Shown: positions 24,570-38,354, numbered from the stretch's first letter. The stretch is DNA of 64,000 bases from Chiloscyllium plagiosum (GCF_004010195.1 NC_057719.1:68686622-68750621); one strand, 5' to 3'. Translations and numbers: made by a program. Notes: generated by a model from the letters alone, not told the origin.

Positions 24570-24870
24570 GATTAGATTAGATTACTTACAGTGTGGAAAC
24601 AGGCCCTTCAGCCCAACAAGTTCACACCGACCCTCCGAAGAGCAACCCACTCAAACCCATTCCTTTACATTTACCCCTTAACCTAACACTACGGGAAATT
24701 TAGCATGGCCAATTCACCTAACCTGCACATCTTTGTGACTGTGGGAGGAAACCGGAGTATGGGGACATGGGGAGAATGTGCAAACTGCACACAGACAGTT
24801 GCCCGGAATTGAACCCAGGTCTCTGTCGCTGTGAGGTAGCAGTGCTAACCACTGTGCCACCATGCTGCCC
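24570..24870 (-). mobile_element. HE1-type SINE, near full length
   Basis: Minus strand has a tRNA-like head (GGTGGCACAGTGGTTAGCACTGCT...GGTTCAATTCC), a central GATGTGCAGGTTAGGTGAATTGGCCATGCTAAAT, a LINE-like 3' end and a (TCTAA)n tail. Confidence 0.9.
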
Positions 24871-24921
24871 ATGGTGAAGATTGTGAGGAAATCCATTCTT
24901 TTATAATTTAGTAAAATACCA

Positions 24922-25167
24922 ACGGGAAATTTAGCATGGCCAATTCACCTAACCTGCACATCTTTGTGACTGTGGGAGGAAACCGGAGTATCCGGAGGAA
25001 ACCCACGCAGACATGGGGAGAATGTGCAAACTGCACACAGACAGTTGCCCGGAATTGAACCCAGGTCTCTGGCGCTGTGAGGCAGCAGTGCTAACCACTG
25101 TCCCAGCATGCTGCCCATGGTGAAGATTGTGAGGAAATCCATTCTTTTATAATTTAGTAAAATACCA
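24922..25167 (-). repeat. Tandem duplicate of 24691-24921 (partial HE1 SINE plus about 50 bp of flank)
   Basis: Both units end ...CATGCTGCCCATGGTGAAGATTGTGAGGAAATCCATTCTTTTATAATTTAGTAAAATACCA. Confidence 0.93.
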
Positions 25168-25219
25168 ACCACTGTAACCCAAAGAAAGCATATCTGCTGT
25201 TCGAGCAGTTTTAACTCAG

Positions 25220-25990
25220 TTTGAGTTGGAGGCTGAACTGTAGACACTGTGACACATCAGGTTGGGGAAAGTTATTCGGATCATTATTTCAGGAGGTAGT
25301 CACACCCTTTAGGATAGCAATATCTGATTTGTCACTGGTCTGAGACAGGTCAGTGTGGCTGCGAATCAGGCAGATAAGGAGACTCAGTGGGCAGGTATAC
25401 AGAAACCTCATCCTATGCAAATGTCCAACAGGTTTGAGACTCTTTCAGTTTGTTTTGATAAGAATGAGGATTCCTGGGTGTGTGATCTTAAAAGGAATGA
25501 CTAATGAGATAATAGAGTGGTTGGATCTTTTTTTATAGATTTTGGAAATGTCCCATTGGATTGGAAAGTAGGGAATGTTACTTCTTTATTCAAAAAGGAA
25601 ACAGGAAACTACAGGCCAGTTACCTGTCACAATGAAGATGTTAGAAGCTAATGTGAAGAATGTAACAGGACACGTAGAAAAGTTCAAGATAAACAGGCAG
25701 GGTCAGCATGGTTTTGTGAAAAAGAAATAATGTTTAATCAACTTATTGGAATCTTTTAAGGAAGTAATGCATGCTGTAGATCAGGAGGAACCAGTGGATG
25801 TACTGTATTTTGAAGGCACAATATGGTGCCATATCAAAAGCTCAAGTTGTAGGAGTGGGTTGTCTAATGAAGAAAGTTTGGATAAACTAAATATGTATTT
25901 ACTGGAAGTTAGAGGAATAAGAGTTTATTTAAAATCTGAGACCGTAAGGGGCCCTGATAGAGTGAATGATGAATGTATGGTGATGTACCA
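25220..25990 (+). mobile_element. Fragmented CR1 (ORF1 and ORF2 pieces)
   Basis: Contains GATTGGAAAGTAGGGAATGTTACTTCTTTATTCAAAAAGG, GGAAACTACAGGCCAGTT and CAGCATGGTTTTGTGAA. Confidence 0.7.
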
Positions 25991-26729
25991 TTAACAGGCA
26001 TGCTACCCTTATTTGCTCGGGTTTTTTAAAATTCATTTTCTAACTACTTCATAGTTTGCTCATGAGAATGGGAAAATAAAATCCAGTTTCACCTCCTATT
26101 GCCTTTCATTTCTAACAACTGGGAATGGAAAGTGCATAACCACTGACTTGCTCAGTAATTCAAGGTTACAGACTGCTGTCCTTTTTTTAAGTTTTTCCCT
26201 GTGGATTCTTTCAGTAGTTGGCTCTCTTAAAGCTCTTAAAGGACAGTCGTTCAACTGCATCACTGATATCAGGTTCAAATGATTTGTTTTTAATGGCTGA
26301 CACAAATGACCTGCAAAGTAACTTAGAGCAGACGTAGGCGTCACGTAACTATGGCAGGACAGCCACGCCACCAAGTATAATTGCATTTCACCAACAAATG
26401 GAACCAGTGTATTAAAATGGCAACTATAATTTGAATCTTTCCTGCCCATAAAGCTCCATGCTCCTTTTGTTTATGTGTAACAGTGGTGCCTCTACCGTTG
26501 CCTTTCTGCTATTTAGTTTGTTTAAAATAGGTCACTTCGGCATCTCCTTCTCTCAGTAGCATGTTTTCATTAATAAGGTTGCAAATGCAACTGTAAAATT
26601 AACATTGTTGTTATAACATTGTGAGTTCCTGTAGTTAATCTTTCAAATGCAACACCCTTCTTTAGATCAGCTCCATATTGATTCGGCACTATCGATGGTT
26701 TTTTGTGTTGTTATCTCCCTTGCTCTTTG

Positions 26730-27735
26730 AATAAAAGGGCTACATTCACTACCTTGCAATCTAATTGGATCTTGCCTGAATCTAGGGAGTTTTGGAAAGT
26801 TAACATCAATACATTGTTTATCTCATGAGCTACTTTTTTTAATGACCGGGATGATGTCCATCAGGACCTGGGCACTGGTCAGCTCACAGCTCTGACAATT
26901 TGTATCAATCTTCTGATCATTGTAATTTTCCTGAGTTCCTCCTTCCCTTAAATTTACTGATTTATTACCACTTCTGGAAAGTCAATTGCATCCTTTACAG
27001 TAAAGGCCAATGAAAATATCTGTTCAGTTCATCTGCCATCCCCTTTCATTATCAATCTTCCAGACTCCCTTTCCATTGGACCAACATTCATTGTAATTTT
27101 TTTTTAATTTTTAGAAGTATTTAAGAAGCTTTTATTTTTGTATTTTTGGTTAGTTTTCTCTCGTACTCTAATTTTTCCCTCTTTATGTTATTTCTTTACA
27201 TTTATCCAATTATTTGACTTGCCACCTGTCTTTGCACAATTATATGCTTTTTCTTTTGTATTTATCTTTAATATTGCCAGTTAACCATGGATGGTGTGTC
27301 TGTCCCTTGGGATTTTTCTCAGTTGTTGAAGTGTACCTCTTTTGTGTATTTTGAAAAATATCCTCCACTACCTGCCACCTCATCTCTATTGACCTATTCT
27401 TTATCCTAGTTTGCTCATTCACTTCATCCAGCTCTGCTTCCATGTCCTCATAATTGCCCTGATTTAATTTTTAAAAATAGTTTTGGATGTATTCCTTTCT
27501 CCCTCAAACTGAGTGTAAAATTCAATCAGGTTACAGTCTCTGCTCACTATGAGATCATTAATTAATCCTATCTCATTGCACAATACCAGATCTCATATAG
27601 CATGTTGTCTGCTGGAGGACATGCTGTTCTGACAAACAATCCCAAGAACAGTCTATGAACTCCTGATCTAGTCTTCCTGAGCCCTTCATATTTTTGCAGT
27701 CTGTATGGAGATTAAAATCCCTGTGATTAGTGTTA
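26730..27735 (-). mobile_element. Decayed CR1 ORF2 (endonuclease to linker)
   Basis: Minus-strand remnants DFNL...FIDC..D....QHV and PWLT..IK. Confidence 0.7.
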
Positions 27736-30481
27736 TGCATTTTTGATATGAGGAAGTTCGTGGCAAGGTTTTCATCCAGTGTCTCAACTGATGGACCTAA
27801 AAAGGTCAAAGCACTGCAAGATTCACTGTAGGAACTGATGCCAAAATAATATACACATACACACATTATTTTATACCCATAAGCATGTTTTACAAACTTA
27901 CACTATTTAAAACATAGCTACTTCTTTCAGTAAAACCCTTTTACTTTGAACAACTTTCATATTTCTTAACCTAGGTTTACAAAATACGTGACAACCGTTG
28001 TTTGGCTTATTCTTTGGGGCAACATCTTTACTAATCCAAATCAATCTGCCTGGTTCAAATTTAAACAAAGCTTTTTAGTCAACTGTTGGTTTTCATTTTC
28101 CTGTTGCATTCTTCATGACAACTCCTCTACCAATCAAAGTTCTTTTGCTAACCAATCAATGTATTCACATACAATGTACTTATTCCTTCCCTTTACATTG
28201 ATATTCTTTTGAATGACATGATGAGTGCAAAATGAAAAGCTTTGACAGATTTTGACTTTTTCAACAATGCTACAAGATCTTATGTATTATAATAGCTGTA
28301 GTCTGAATAACTTTTAGACTGTGTTCATTTCACCTTAATGTTAGAGCAGGAGTAGTTAAGATTAAACTAACTTATCACATGAAACAGCATATAGTAATAT
28401 TTTTACATTATTTTAAAGGATTCCATCACCTTTAAAACATTTGTGAAAGATACCTACAACAGGAAGCACTTGTTGATCTAGGAGGTGCTTCCTAGAGTTC
28501 TTCTTGGGTTCAGTAGACAACTTCCATAATAAGTGCACAGCATTGCCACTATAATATTGCTTTTTGGTCAATCATACAACTACACTGCACTTGTTTCAAT
28601 TATGTAGCCTGGACTAAAAAAAAATATAGGCCGCAAAAGCATTTGAAAATTGCAATTGATGTGACTTCAAGTATAACATTTGCATTAAAACTCCAGATTC
28701 TATATTGTTTGTTTAAAAAGTGCGTTCGTTTTCTGTATAAACTTAAATTCCTAGATGAGACCTGGTTATTCTCTCGGTAGTCATTTAATTCATTGTAACA
28801 TAAATGACTGCGCTTGTTAATACAGTTACATTAAGTCCTTTGATTTTAAATGAAGTGTTATTAGTCTCTCATTATAGTAGACGTGGCGTGCTTTGTCAGT
28901 TAATCAGCATTAAGAATGCTGTCAAGACAAAAAAAAAGTTTTATGTCTCAAAATTATTGCTTTCATTTGGTGCTGATTAGGTAGTAATTGAAATAATATT
29001 TCTGCCACTTTTAAGCTTCTATTGAAATGATTAAGTGAAAAATACAGATGATATCGCAGACTAGAATTATGAATTTTCATTTCTATGATTTTATTACATA
29101 GAAAGCATAATAGTGAGTGTAATGATTTGATTAAAATAAAGTTTAAAATGCACCATTTTTTGTGAAAGCTTGAATTTGTAAGAACTATTCATAGTCATCA
29201 TTAATAGTTTTATCAAAAAATATAAATAAAGCATGAACAAAGTTGCATTCATGTATTGCCTTTCACTGCCAATTAATTATTATATTCACTTCCATATTTT
29301 CATATCCCGTTGCAGTCTCAACTCTCCTTACCTCTGTGATCTCCTCCACTACAAAGTCCTCCAGGATATCATTGCTCCTATTTTTGGCCTCTTGAGCATT
29401 ACCAGTTATAATTGCTCCAGCATTGGTGGCCATGTCTTTAACTGCCTAGGCGCTAAAGTCTGGAGCTCATTCCCGAATGTTCTAATTTGTGGCAGAGATT
29501 AGAATTAGGCAATGTAATTCAAGAATAGAATATACCGCTTTTAAGATGCAGATGAAGAGGGTATTTTTCTGTCATATGACCGTATCCATGGAATTTCCTT
29601 CCCCAAGGGTCAGTAAAGGCTGGATTATTGAATCTTTTCAAAGCTCTGTTAGATTCTTGATAGACCAGGGCATCATGGATTATGGTTTTAGAGGGTTGGG
29701 GAGGCTGGACTGGTGGGGGCAGAAAATTTAGCAACTGTTGAGGTAGGCCTGCTCCTTCTCTTAAGTCTTATGATACTTCTTTAAGATGCTGCTCAAAACC
29801 AACCTATCCAAGCAAGCCTTGGGTCATCTGTCCAGCTAACTCCCTATGTGACATGGTGTGAAATTTTGCTTTGTACGCTGCAAGACACCTTGGGAAATTT
29901 TATTGCATTAAAGGCACTACTATATATAAATTAAAGTTGTTACACAGGCAAATACTGTGACCAATTTTTGCACAATAATATTTCAAAAACTGCAATGACG
30001 TATTGTACATAATGATTCATCCGTTCTGACTGTGTTAAAGGATAAATGTTGGGTTGGATTCTGAATTTTTTACATAAATCTCAGTTTTTATGTTATCTTC
30101 ATAAATCTTTTTGCACCTTTTTTAAAAATCAAGACCAGGCTCACTCCAAGTGTGGCCTAGCCAAGTTTCTGAATGAGTTTAATGTAACATTTATGCTTTT
30201 TCATTTTTGTCCCTCGAAAAATGAAGCTGAGAGCTTTTTTTTAATGGCTTTATTAATCTGTATCATTACCATTAGTGATTTATTTATCTGTGCTAGAAAT
30301 ATTTGCTTCTCTGCTCTATTCAGTCTCTTATTATCCAATCAGTACTTAGGTCTCTTATTCATCTTGCTAAAATGCATCAAATAATACTTAATGTATTCAA
30401 ATTGCTGTACGAGGGTGTGTTTCTGATAATGACTGTGGGGTCTGGGACAATGTGACCAGGAACTGGTTGATATGGATTTGT

Positions 30482-30618
30482 AGGTAAAAACAAGGACTGC
30501 AGATGCTGGAAACGAGAGTCTAGATTAGAGTGGTGCTGGAAAAGCACAGGAGTTCAGGCAGCATCCGAGGAGCAGGAAAATCGATGTTTTGGGCAAAAGC
30601 CCTTCATCAGGAATACCC
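30482..30618 (-). mobile_element. Solo PLE pLTR end with decayed hammerhead and 14-bp TSD
   Basis: TGATATGGATTTGT at 30468-30481 and 30619-30632. Minus strand reads ATTC-CTGATGA-AGGGC(TTTT)GCCC-AAAA-CATC-GATT, with GAAA mutated. Confidence 0.88.
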
Positions 30619-31559
30619 TGATATGGATTTGTTCAGACTTATTGTCAGGCTATAAGGAAAATTGCCAAATTGATCCAACAATTCTGGTGTTACATTTAAT
30701 GCCAAACAAAGCCATTGAAGAAACTGACATTTTAACAAGAACGAGCTTTTAGATAATATTGTAGACATTTAGGGAGGTGAGAATGGCCTTAAACCTGGTA
30801 AGTTGTTCAGTGTGAACTAGCTTTTTAAAAATAAATAATTATGATCCATCACAAGTTCACCGTCTCGCACCAAGTAACAATGAACAAGTTGAATGTGACT
30901 TCTTTGTTTCATTTTAATTTTTCAGTTTTTTTGAAAAAAAAATCACAATGGTAAGAAATTTGTTAAAACTTTGGCTTTGTAAGCCTGTAGATGCAGACCA
31001 GAACAGCCACACATGGAGCTGAAGTCTGCAGAAAGACTTACTCCAACTTAAAGAAAGATTGAAATAAAGGTATCTGCTTCTTCAAATATATTAGTGTGAA
31101 TTGTGAGCATAACCTCCTTGGCATTTTTATTTTAATATGTATTCTTTCTCTTTAGGTGGATATAGTTTATGACATAGTACTCATTACTACAATGTAATGC
31201 AGAATTGAGTTTTACAATAAATATTCATAAAGAAGTACTAAACACTTGTAGTCTCATACATAATTATGTCTTGTACATAACAGAAACAGATAACAATATT
31301 CTAAAAACAGTTGGAATTCTATGTGCTGACTTTGGTTAAAATTAACTGGGTTACTTCTGCTATAATATACCTGTAGACATATTCAACTCTCAGATAATTT
31401 TGTTGAACTGAAAAGGACATTTAATTGTAGGATCAGTATGCAGCTGCTAATGCTGACCATGTTCTGTAATGATCTGAAATCATTGTTGAGATTATCATTG
31501 AATAATAAATTCAACTGGATAGGTTTTCTTTGTCAGGGGTGAAGGTTGTAAAACAATTA

Positions 31560-32500
31560 ACAAAAGCAAAAGTGTTCTGAGGCAAGTGCAAAGTAATCAG
31601 CAAGTAGCTAAATGTATCCTTGACTATGTGGTGAGAGTCTGCAAACAAGGTCTGTCTCAATCACTGATCATGCAGGCCCTCAGCCTTTGCAATTTGGAGA
31701 GGTTGTCATCCATCCTGTATTGAATGTGTACTGCTGTGTCAAGAGCTGTGAGTGCATACTGGAGCACAGTTGACGAAATATGCGGTAAGCTGAGCTGGAG
31801 CCAATACACAGTTGGAGCCAAGGCACAGCCTTGCTTGTTGTGATTGCTAGCGGGAAAGACATCCAACGACATATCACTTTACATCACACTGCGAAACAAA
31901 CAACTGCCCATCTTTTCAGCGCAGCCATATTTGTACAGAACCATCCATAGACTTTCTAGGTTTACATTATTGAAGGCTTTATTCAAGTCAGTCAAATTTA
32001 CCAGCAGTAGTTCTTAATCACTTCTTCATGGATACAAGACTTGGACAACTTAGCAACATTAGATAAAACAACTAGAAGCATTCCATCTGTGCTGCCTGAG
32101 ATCTGTTTGCAACTTTGGACAGGACAAAATTCTCAACACTGCGCTCAGCTTTACTGAGTCTGTCATGTAGTTTGCCTTGAGGATTCTGAGATAACCAAAA
32201 ACAGTATTAGACAGCCAGCTGAGAGCACAGGACACCTCTCAAACATAAATACAAAAATAATCTGAAAGCCAACCTCAGAGTTTGCAAGCTAGTTCCCAAT
32301 ATGTGGGAACACACAAACTTGGACAGCTGGAGAAGCCTCTGTCATTGAGTGATTTCCATTTTTGAGGATAATAGAGTCAGGTCCCTTCAGTACAAGTGAG
32401 CATTCACAAAGCCAATGCTTTTATTTAACCTTCTAACATTGACTTTATGTGCAGTCTTTACAGTTGTTTTTGCAATTTGAGATTTGGTCTAATGTCATGA
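31560..32500. mobile_element. Decayed RTE-like LINE fragments in both orientations
   Basis: Minus-strand KQGCALAPT and IQYRMD..L..L.RL, resembling the RTE RT. Plus-strand AAACAACTAGAAGCATTCCATCTGTGCTGCCTGAGA (LEAFH..CLR). Confidence 0.6.
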
Positions 32501-34049
32501 GGCAACAGTAAACCTGTCTATTTTTCTCATGTACTGAGCAATCATTTATTGAAGTGACAGGAGGATCCATCATATTCAAAATAATCTGCAAGTTAACACC
32601 TTTTTTACAAGCTGACTAATATCTTACTCAATTTTGTCACATTCTGCTTCATTCTTCCTTTTTGTTAACTTCCAAACTCCTTGTTTTCTGCAATTTGTTT
32701 GAAGTTATTCTTTTGATTGTTGAGTTCAAATCTCTAATGTGACCTGTGAATAACAGCAATTCCTACACTGATCCTTATGGAATTGTCAATCTGAATACCT
32801 TTTATCATTACAGTCATATTTCTGTCTTATTTTCAGCTTGCTATTTATTTAGTTGCCCATCCTCTGCTTTCACATGTTTGGACTTTAGTCACGATGTTTA
32901 ATCACTTATTGGAAAGATACCATATCTGCCAATACAGTACTTCCCTTAATTGCCAGAAAATATCAGCCAGATCATGTGCTGAAGTCCTGAAGTGGGGTTT
33001 ATAATTGCCACTTGCTGTCCTTAACATTTGAATGGTGCTAACAAAAGATTTTGCAATAGAGGAATTAATTTTACAGCTGTACATAGATTCGGCTTATTGT
33101 GTTTTGGGAAAATTACCATATTGAGTGAAACAACTTTCCATCTAATTATCGTCAATGACATAATCCTTTACAAAACACTACTGCTTAGTTGATGTTTGTG
33201 AGCATTTAACAAATTTGAAAGCAAATTTGACTTCAAAGTAAGTATGGATTAAGGTTCAACTTACAAAAAAGGTATTTATCGATCCCAGAAATGAATCAGT
33301 ACCCTGTGCTTTAGGTTGCGGAATCTTGTGCTGCAGCATTGAAAATTGCTGGAAGTCAAATTCTGACAGTGAGCTTTGCCACATGCACACACCTGTTCCA
33401 GAAATATGGAAGAGTGGTCAATGAAATTTGAACGTACTGCTGTTTGTTACCAAAACATTCATCAAACCTGATTAAGTGGCTCATTTGAAAAATTTACCTG
33501 TTGGGAACTGTAAATCCATAGCACATTTTATTCCCATTTCCTACCCCTGCCTGTTTTGTTTAGCATTGTATGCAGTTAACCTTGTAAATAACTTCTTCAC
33601 TTACTATGCTTTCTTTGTTAAACAATCTATAATAGAAGAAAGTTTTACATTAAGGATGGATGTTTACAGGTTCATCTCTTGAAAACTGGAGAGATGACCG
33701 AATTTTATTAATCTCTTGTTTTCTGTGAATTAAATGGCAAGCAAAAAATGGGTTAGGTTTTGTTCTAGCCTTTGCCTGGCTGTTGAGAATGAACTGAGCA
33801 ATGAAAATTACTTGGGCCTGAGCCTAGGATGGTTTTCAAGTTACTGAGAACATTAAAAGTCTGTTAGAATTTTTGCTAAATTGGGTTGAACCTGAGAAGA
33901 AAATTGACCATGAAAGCTGTAACAAAGTGAGATTTGATGGTGTTGTTTTAACTTTGAAGAAATCAAGCATCTTAGAACCAGGTCTGAGGAATAACGACCC
34001 AAATATTTTGGGAGTATTGGACAAACTGACTCTGAAATGGACTGCAAAT

Positions 34050-34710
34050 TCAGGATCTAGTGCAAGAGCTGTTCAGTATGAGAACATTAAAGTTGTGACC
34101 GACCATTCGCCTCTCTCCACCAAGTTACTCCGGGAACCCTTCCCAGAGTCAGTAATTGCAAATTCATTTGATTGCTGCTAGAATCACCTTAAAAGGCTAA
34201 CCTTTGTTTAGCCACCACATTCAAGGCACAAGTCAGAAATGTGATAGAGTACTCCAACTTGCTTGATGAGTGCAGCTCCAACAAAAAGCTTGACACCATC
34301 CAAAAACAAACCTGCCCACTTAATTGACAACCAATCCAATTTAAACATTCAGACCCTCCATCAGTGATGCACAGGTGCAGCAGTGTGTACCAGCTATAAG
34401 ATGCATTGTAACATAGACTTCTCCAATAGCAGGTTCCAAACCCAAAATCGATATCACCTAGTAGGACAAGGGCAGCAATGCCAGGGGACACTGCCACCTC
34501 CAAGTTCCGTTTGATATCCTGAAATGGAATATATCACTGTTCCTTTGCTGTCACCAAACCAAAAAAAAAACTGAAACTTCCTTCTTAACAGCGCTGTGGG
34601 AGGGCTTGCCACACAGAGTTTGTAACAGTACAAGAAGACAGCTAATTGTAACTTCTCCAGAGTTGGGCAACAAATGCTCACCTTGCCAGTGAGGCGTGCG
34701 TCACATGAGA
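34050..34710 (+). mobile_element. CR1/L2-group LINE 3' region, second family
   Basis: Contains CAAGGCACAAGTCAG...GAGTACTC...CTTGACACCATCCA. Related tails at 40195-40555(-) and 42480-42615(+). Confidence 0.6.
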
Positions 34711-36439
34711 AATTTTAGAATAAAAGCATGAGGGACTATTAAAATATAAATCCTTGGACTGAAAACTTAGATTGTGTCCTTTTTATTGCCTAGTATAAAG
34801 AAAGGACACAGTCTGACTGTTGTATTATGATTGAGGGCCTGGAAGGTTGAATGCACGTAGTGCATTCAGCACCATTCAATGTCATGGACTCAAACAGGAG
34901 AACAGCTTATGAGCTCGGAAGAGTAAAAAATAACATTGAACTGTCTTCATAATTAGTGATTTTTGGCAAGATTTGTAGCTCAGGTTGATGATAAGTATGT
35001 AAGTTAGCTCGCTGAGCTTGAAGGTTTGTTTTCAGTAAGTGTCTCCAGTGAAGCGCTGTCTTCATAGTCTCAGTCATGAGGGTCTGAAACTTAGATTTTC
35101 TTTAGGTTGTCAATTTCATTGGGTTTCATGGAGGCTATCTATCTGTGAGGCCTTGTGATATCACCATGCGTTATTAAATTGAAATCATTAATTACCTACC
35201 CCACCCCATGGCACCCTTATCTCCCGATTCTAGCACCTTCTGTTTCCAGAACGATTCGCCACTGCCAGCACATCCTGGATCTGGCTGGCATTTCTGGTAC
35301 CAGCATGATCTTTAAAAGGTTATTGTGCATCCAAACAAACACTGTTAGTCTGGAGTTGCCCTGCATGGCACCTGACATTTGCCCTGGACATAGCAGAGTT
35401 GAGCTTGTTGCAACACCACAACATTTCCCCCCTCAATATCAATTGTCCCGCTTTCCTCCTCATATGTCATTCACGTCCCTATAAGATCCTCCCCAATGTC
35501 CTTCATGCTAATGTTGTCTGTCTATCGTTGTTATCATGGCAAAAGCTACATCTTGTTAAAGGTAAGTGCCTCTTCTCATTAGACTACCAAATGGTTTTCC
35601 TTTATCGACCATGCAGGCACAATGTAAAACAGTGGCACCAGTTTCCGTCATGATCAGCAGCTTCCACACTGTAGTGATTGACTGTCCATATATGATAGGC
35701 AGCGGAGTAACTGTGATCACTGGCACAACACAAAATTTGGATATCTGAGGTACTTTACTCACCAAACTGCTCAAACCTAAACACAATTCCAATACCGTGA
35801 CCAACTTCATGTCATCTTAACAGGACAAAACACTGACTAGATGCAAGTTTAGAGAGTTGTCTATGTCAAATGGCCTTTATCGTACAATTTTAAGTGGAGG
35901 TCTGCTGTGCCTCTCCATTTTAAAAACATGAGTGCTTCCCAGGTTGCATATCCTGGTTTTATAGGACTCTCAGGGAAGCATTCAGCTGTATGACAACAGT
36001 GCTGTTACCTGTTAGCATCATAATGTTGCGATCCCTTTACTTCTCCTGGGTTCATAATTATACACCAAGAATTTTTGATGAGAGTATGTACAGAAAATGA
36101 TGAAAAATAGGCAAGGGGCATGATCCAGCTCTTCTGTTCAATGTGAAACTATGTTGCCATTGGAAACTCTGTTATTTCTGCTTAGCCAATTTTTGATAAA
36201 GGAGCATGTAATGATGAAATCTCACAATGGAAGTAAGACCCACCCTCATGAGTGGAGTCTTGGAACTAAGGTGGCTTATTTCATTTTTGAGATGTGTTCC
36301 TAACTAAATTTCTTGTGATCATCATCCAGAATAAAATGATTGTAGCTCACCACAACAGTAGCCATCAATAACGCCTGAAATATGATATTACTTCTCTTTT
36401 CAAAGCAAGCATCATTCACAGAAAAAGCCAGATATTCAC

Positions 36440-37560
36440 AATCACTCAATTGTTATGTTGCAGAAGACAGCTATTTGGTCTATCTCTACAGTGGTTCTCC
36501 AAATGAGCAAAGCCTTATTGCGACCGTTCCACATTTTGCCCCCTAACTCCCTATTCAGATACCAATCTAATTTCCTTTTGAACCTTTCAGTTGAACATGC
36601 TTCAGCTACACTCACAGGAAATTCCCAAGTTGTGGCCATTAGCTGCACGAAAAGGGCTTTCCTCGTGTCATTTTTGCTTTTTTTCTTAACAGACTAATTT
36701 AAATCTGTGACCTTGCTCCCTGTGGGAACAGTATCTCCACATCTGCTCAGTCTTGATCCCTCAGATTTTGAATACCTTTATTAAATCTTGCCTCAGCCTT
36801 CTCAAAGATAATAGTCCTGACTTCACCCATCTATGTGACAAAAGTTCTTCATCTTTGGTCTCAATCTTGTGAATTTTGTCTGTACTATCCAATGGTTTCA
36901 CATTCTTCCTAAAGTTCAGCAGCCAGTCAGGACACAGAACTCCAGCTGAGGTCGAACGTGTGTCCTTTAATACACACCCTTATGTTGTCTCTCCATGTTC
37001 ATCCTATCAAAATTAATCACTTCACATCTTCTCTTCCATTTGTTCCCTCACTTCCATGACCTTTCTATGTCCTTTTCAACTTCTACAGTATCCTCACAGT
37101 TGTCAGTGAGTCTAACTTTTCTATCACTCACGGGTCTTTGTCATTAATATATATCAGGAAAAACTGGGTCCCAAAAGTGACCCTGGGAAAGTCCACTTCA
37201 AATCTCTTTCCAGCCCAAAAAGCATTGCTTAACTCATCCTTTCTGGTTTCCTGTCACACAACCAATTCTGTATTCATCTTGCTGGTGTCCCTTTCATTCC
37301 ATGAGCTCTAGGTTTGCTGTTATGGCTTTTTAGTGCCATTGTATCAAACACCTTTTGGAATCCTTTCACCACATCGATTATATTTCTCTCATTATTCCAC
37401 TCTGTTACCACTTCAAAAAACTCCAAGTTAAATATGATTTTCTCTTAAAATAAAATGTATGCTGGCTTTATTATATAAGAATACTTGTCCATCTGTCGAT
37501 TTATTTTGTCTGGAATCATTGTTTCTCGAAGTTTCCCCAGCACCAAAGTTAAACTCTGGA
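36440..37560 (-). mobile_element. Decayed CR1
   Basis: Minus-strand FKRKLDWYL 3' motif, and ACACAGAACTCCAGCTGAGGTC (RPQLEFCV). Confidence 0.7.
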
Positions 37561-38354
37561 TGTGTTGAATGAGAGATGTTAAATTGCTTGACATGTGTAG
37601 TGTTCCTTATTCCATTTGCAAAACAGTCCATCCTGTGCTTTCAACTTTTTGTTGATTTGGTACCATCTTGGAATGCTTTTAGTTTTGATTGATCTTTCTC
37701 GAAGAGTATGTGTTTCATTGCTACCAGCTCTGACCAAAGAAATAATGCCATGTGTTTAGAGTGAGGACTTCCTTTTGTTGTGCATATTTTAACATTTTGA
37801 ATTGATTTCCCATTTTTAATCCTTTTCTTTGTGAATATTTGAACCTCCTCCCCGAAGCTTAAGGAAAGCTATTAATGCCATTGACCATTACAGCTTGAAG
37901 CCTCTGGTTTTCTTGTGTAGAATTTAATTTCATAAGATGTAACAGAAACAACAAACACGAATTACAATTTTGCTTGAAATCAAAACTTTTGAAGCACAAT
38001 TGAACTTTTTTTTAATAAACAGTTCAGATAAGCAAATTATTAGAAATTTCAAATATCTTCAGATAGCTCTGAATAAACAGTTTGTTGACTGGGCAATTGA
38101 CTCAAAGTCATTTTTGGAGCAGACCTGAAAGATGGAAGCAATATGTTCTGAGTAGAAACATTTTATATATGCACAGCGCTGTGGCCCTGGAGACATAGTC
38201 AAAACAGAAATAGGCGTACTTGAGATCACCGAGCAGTTTTAAATTGCCATTGAATTATTTCTTCTACTGGACTCATTTTGGACTGGATGACAGGAAGATA
38301 TTTTATAAGCAAAATCCACCATTGGCAATTTTCTTTTCCTTTTTTGTTTTACAG

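Noticed and set aside
24790..24870. tRNA-like A and B boxes (also at 210-280 and 25040-25096)
   Set aside because: These are SINE heads joined to SINE bodies, with no full cloverleaf.
28461..28493. 11-bp stem AGGAAGCACTT/AGGTGCTTCCT
   Set aside because: Too short to distinguish from chance in 64 kb.
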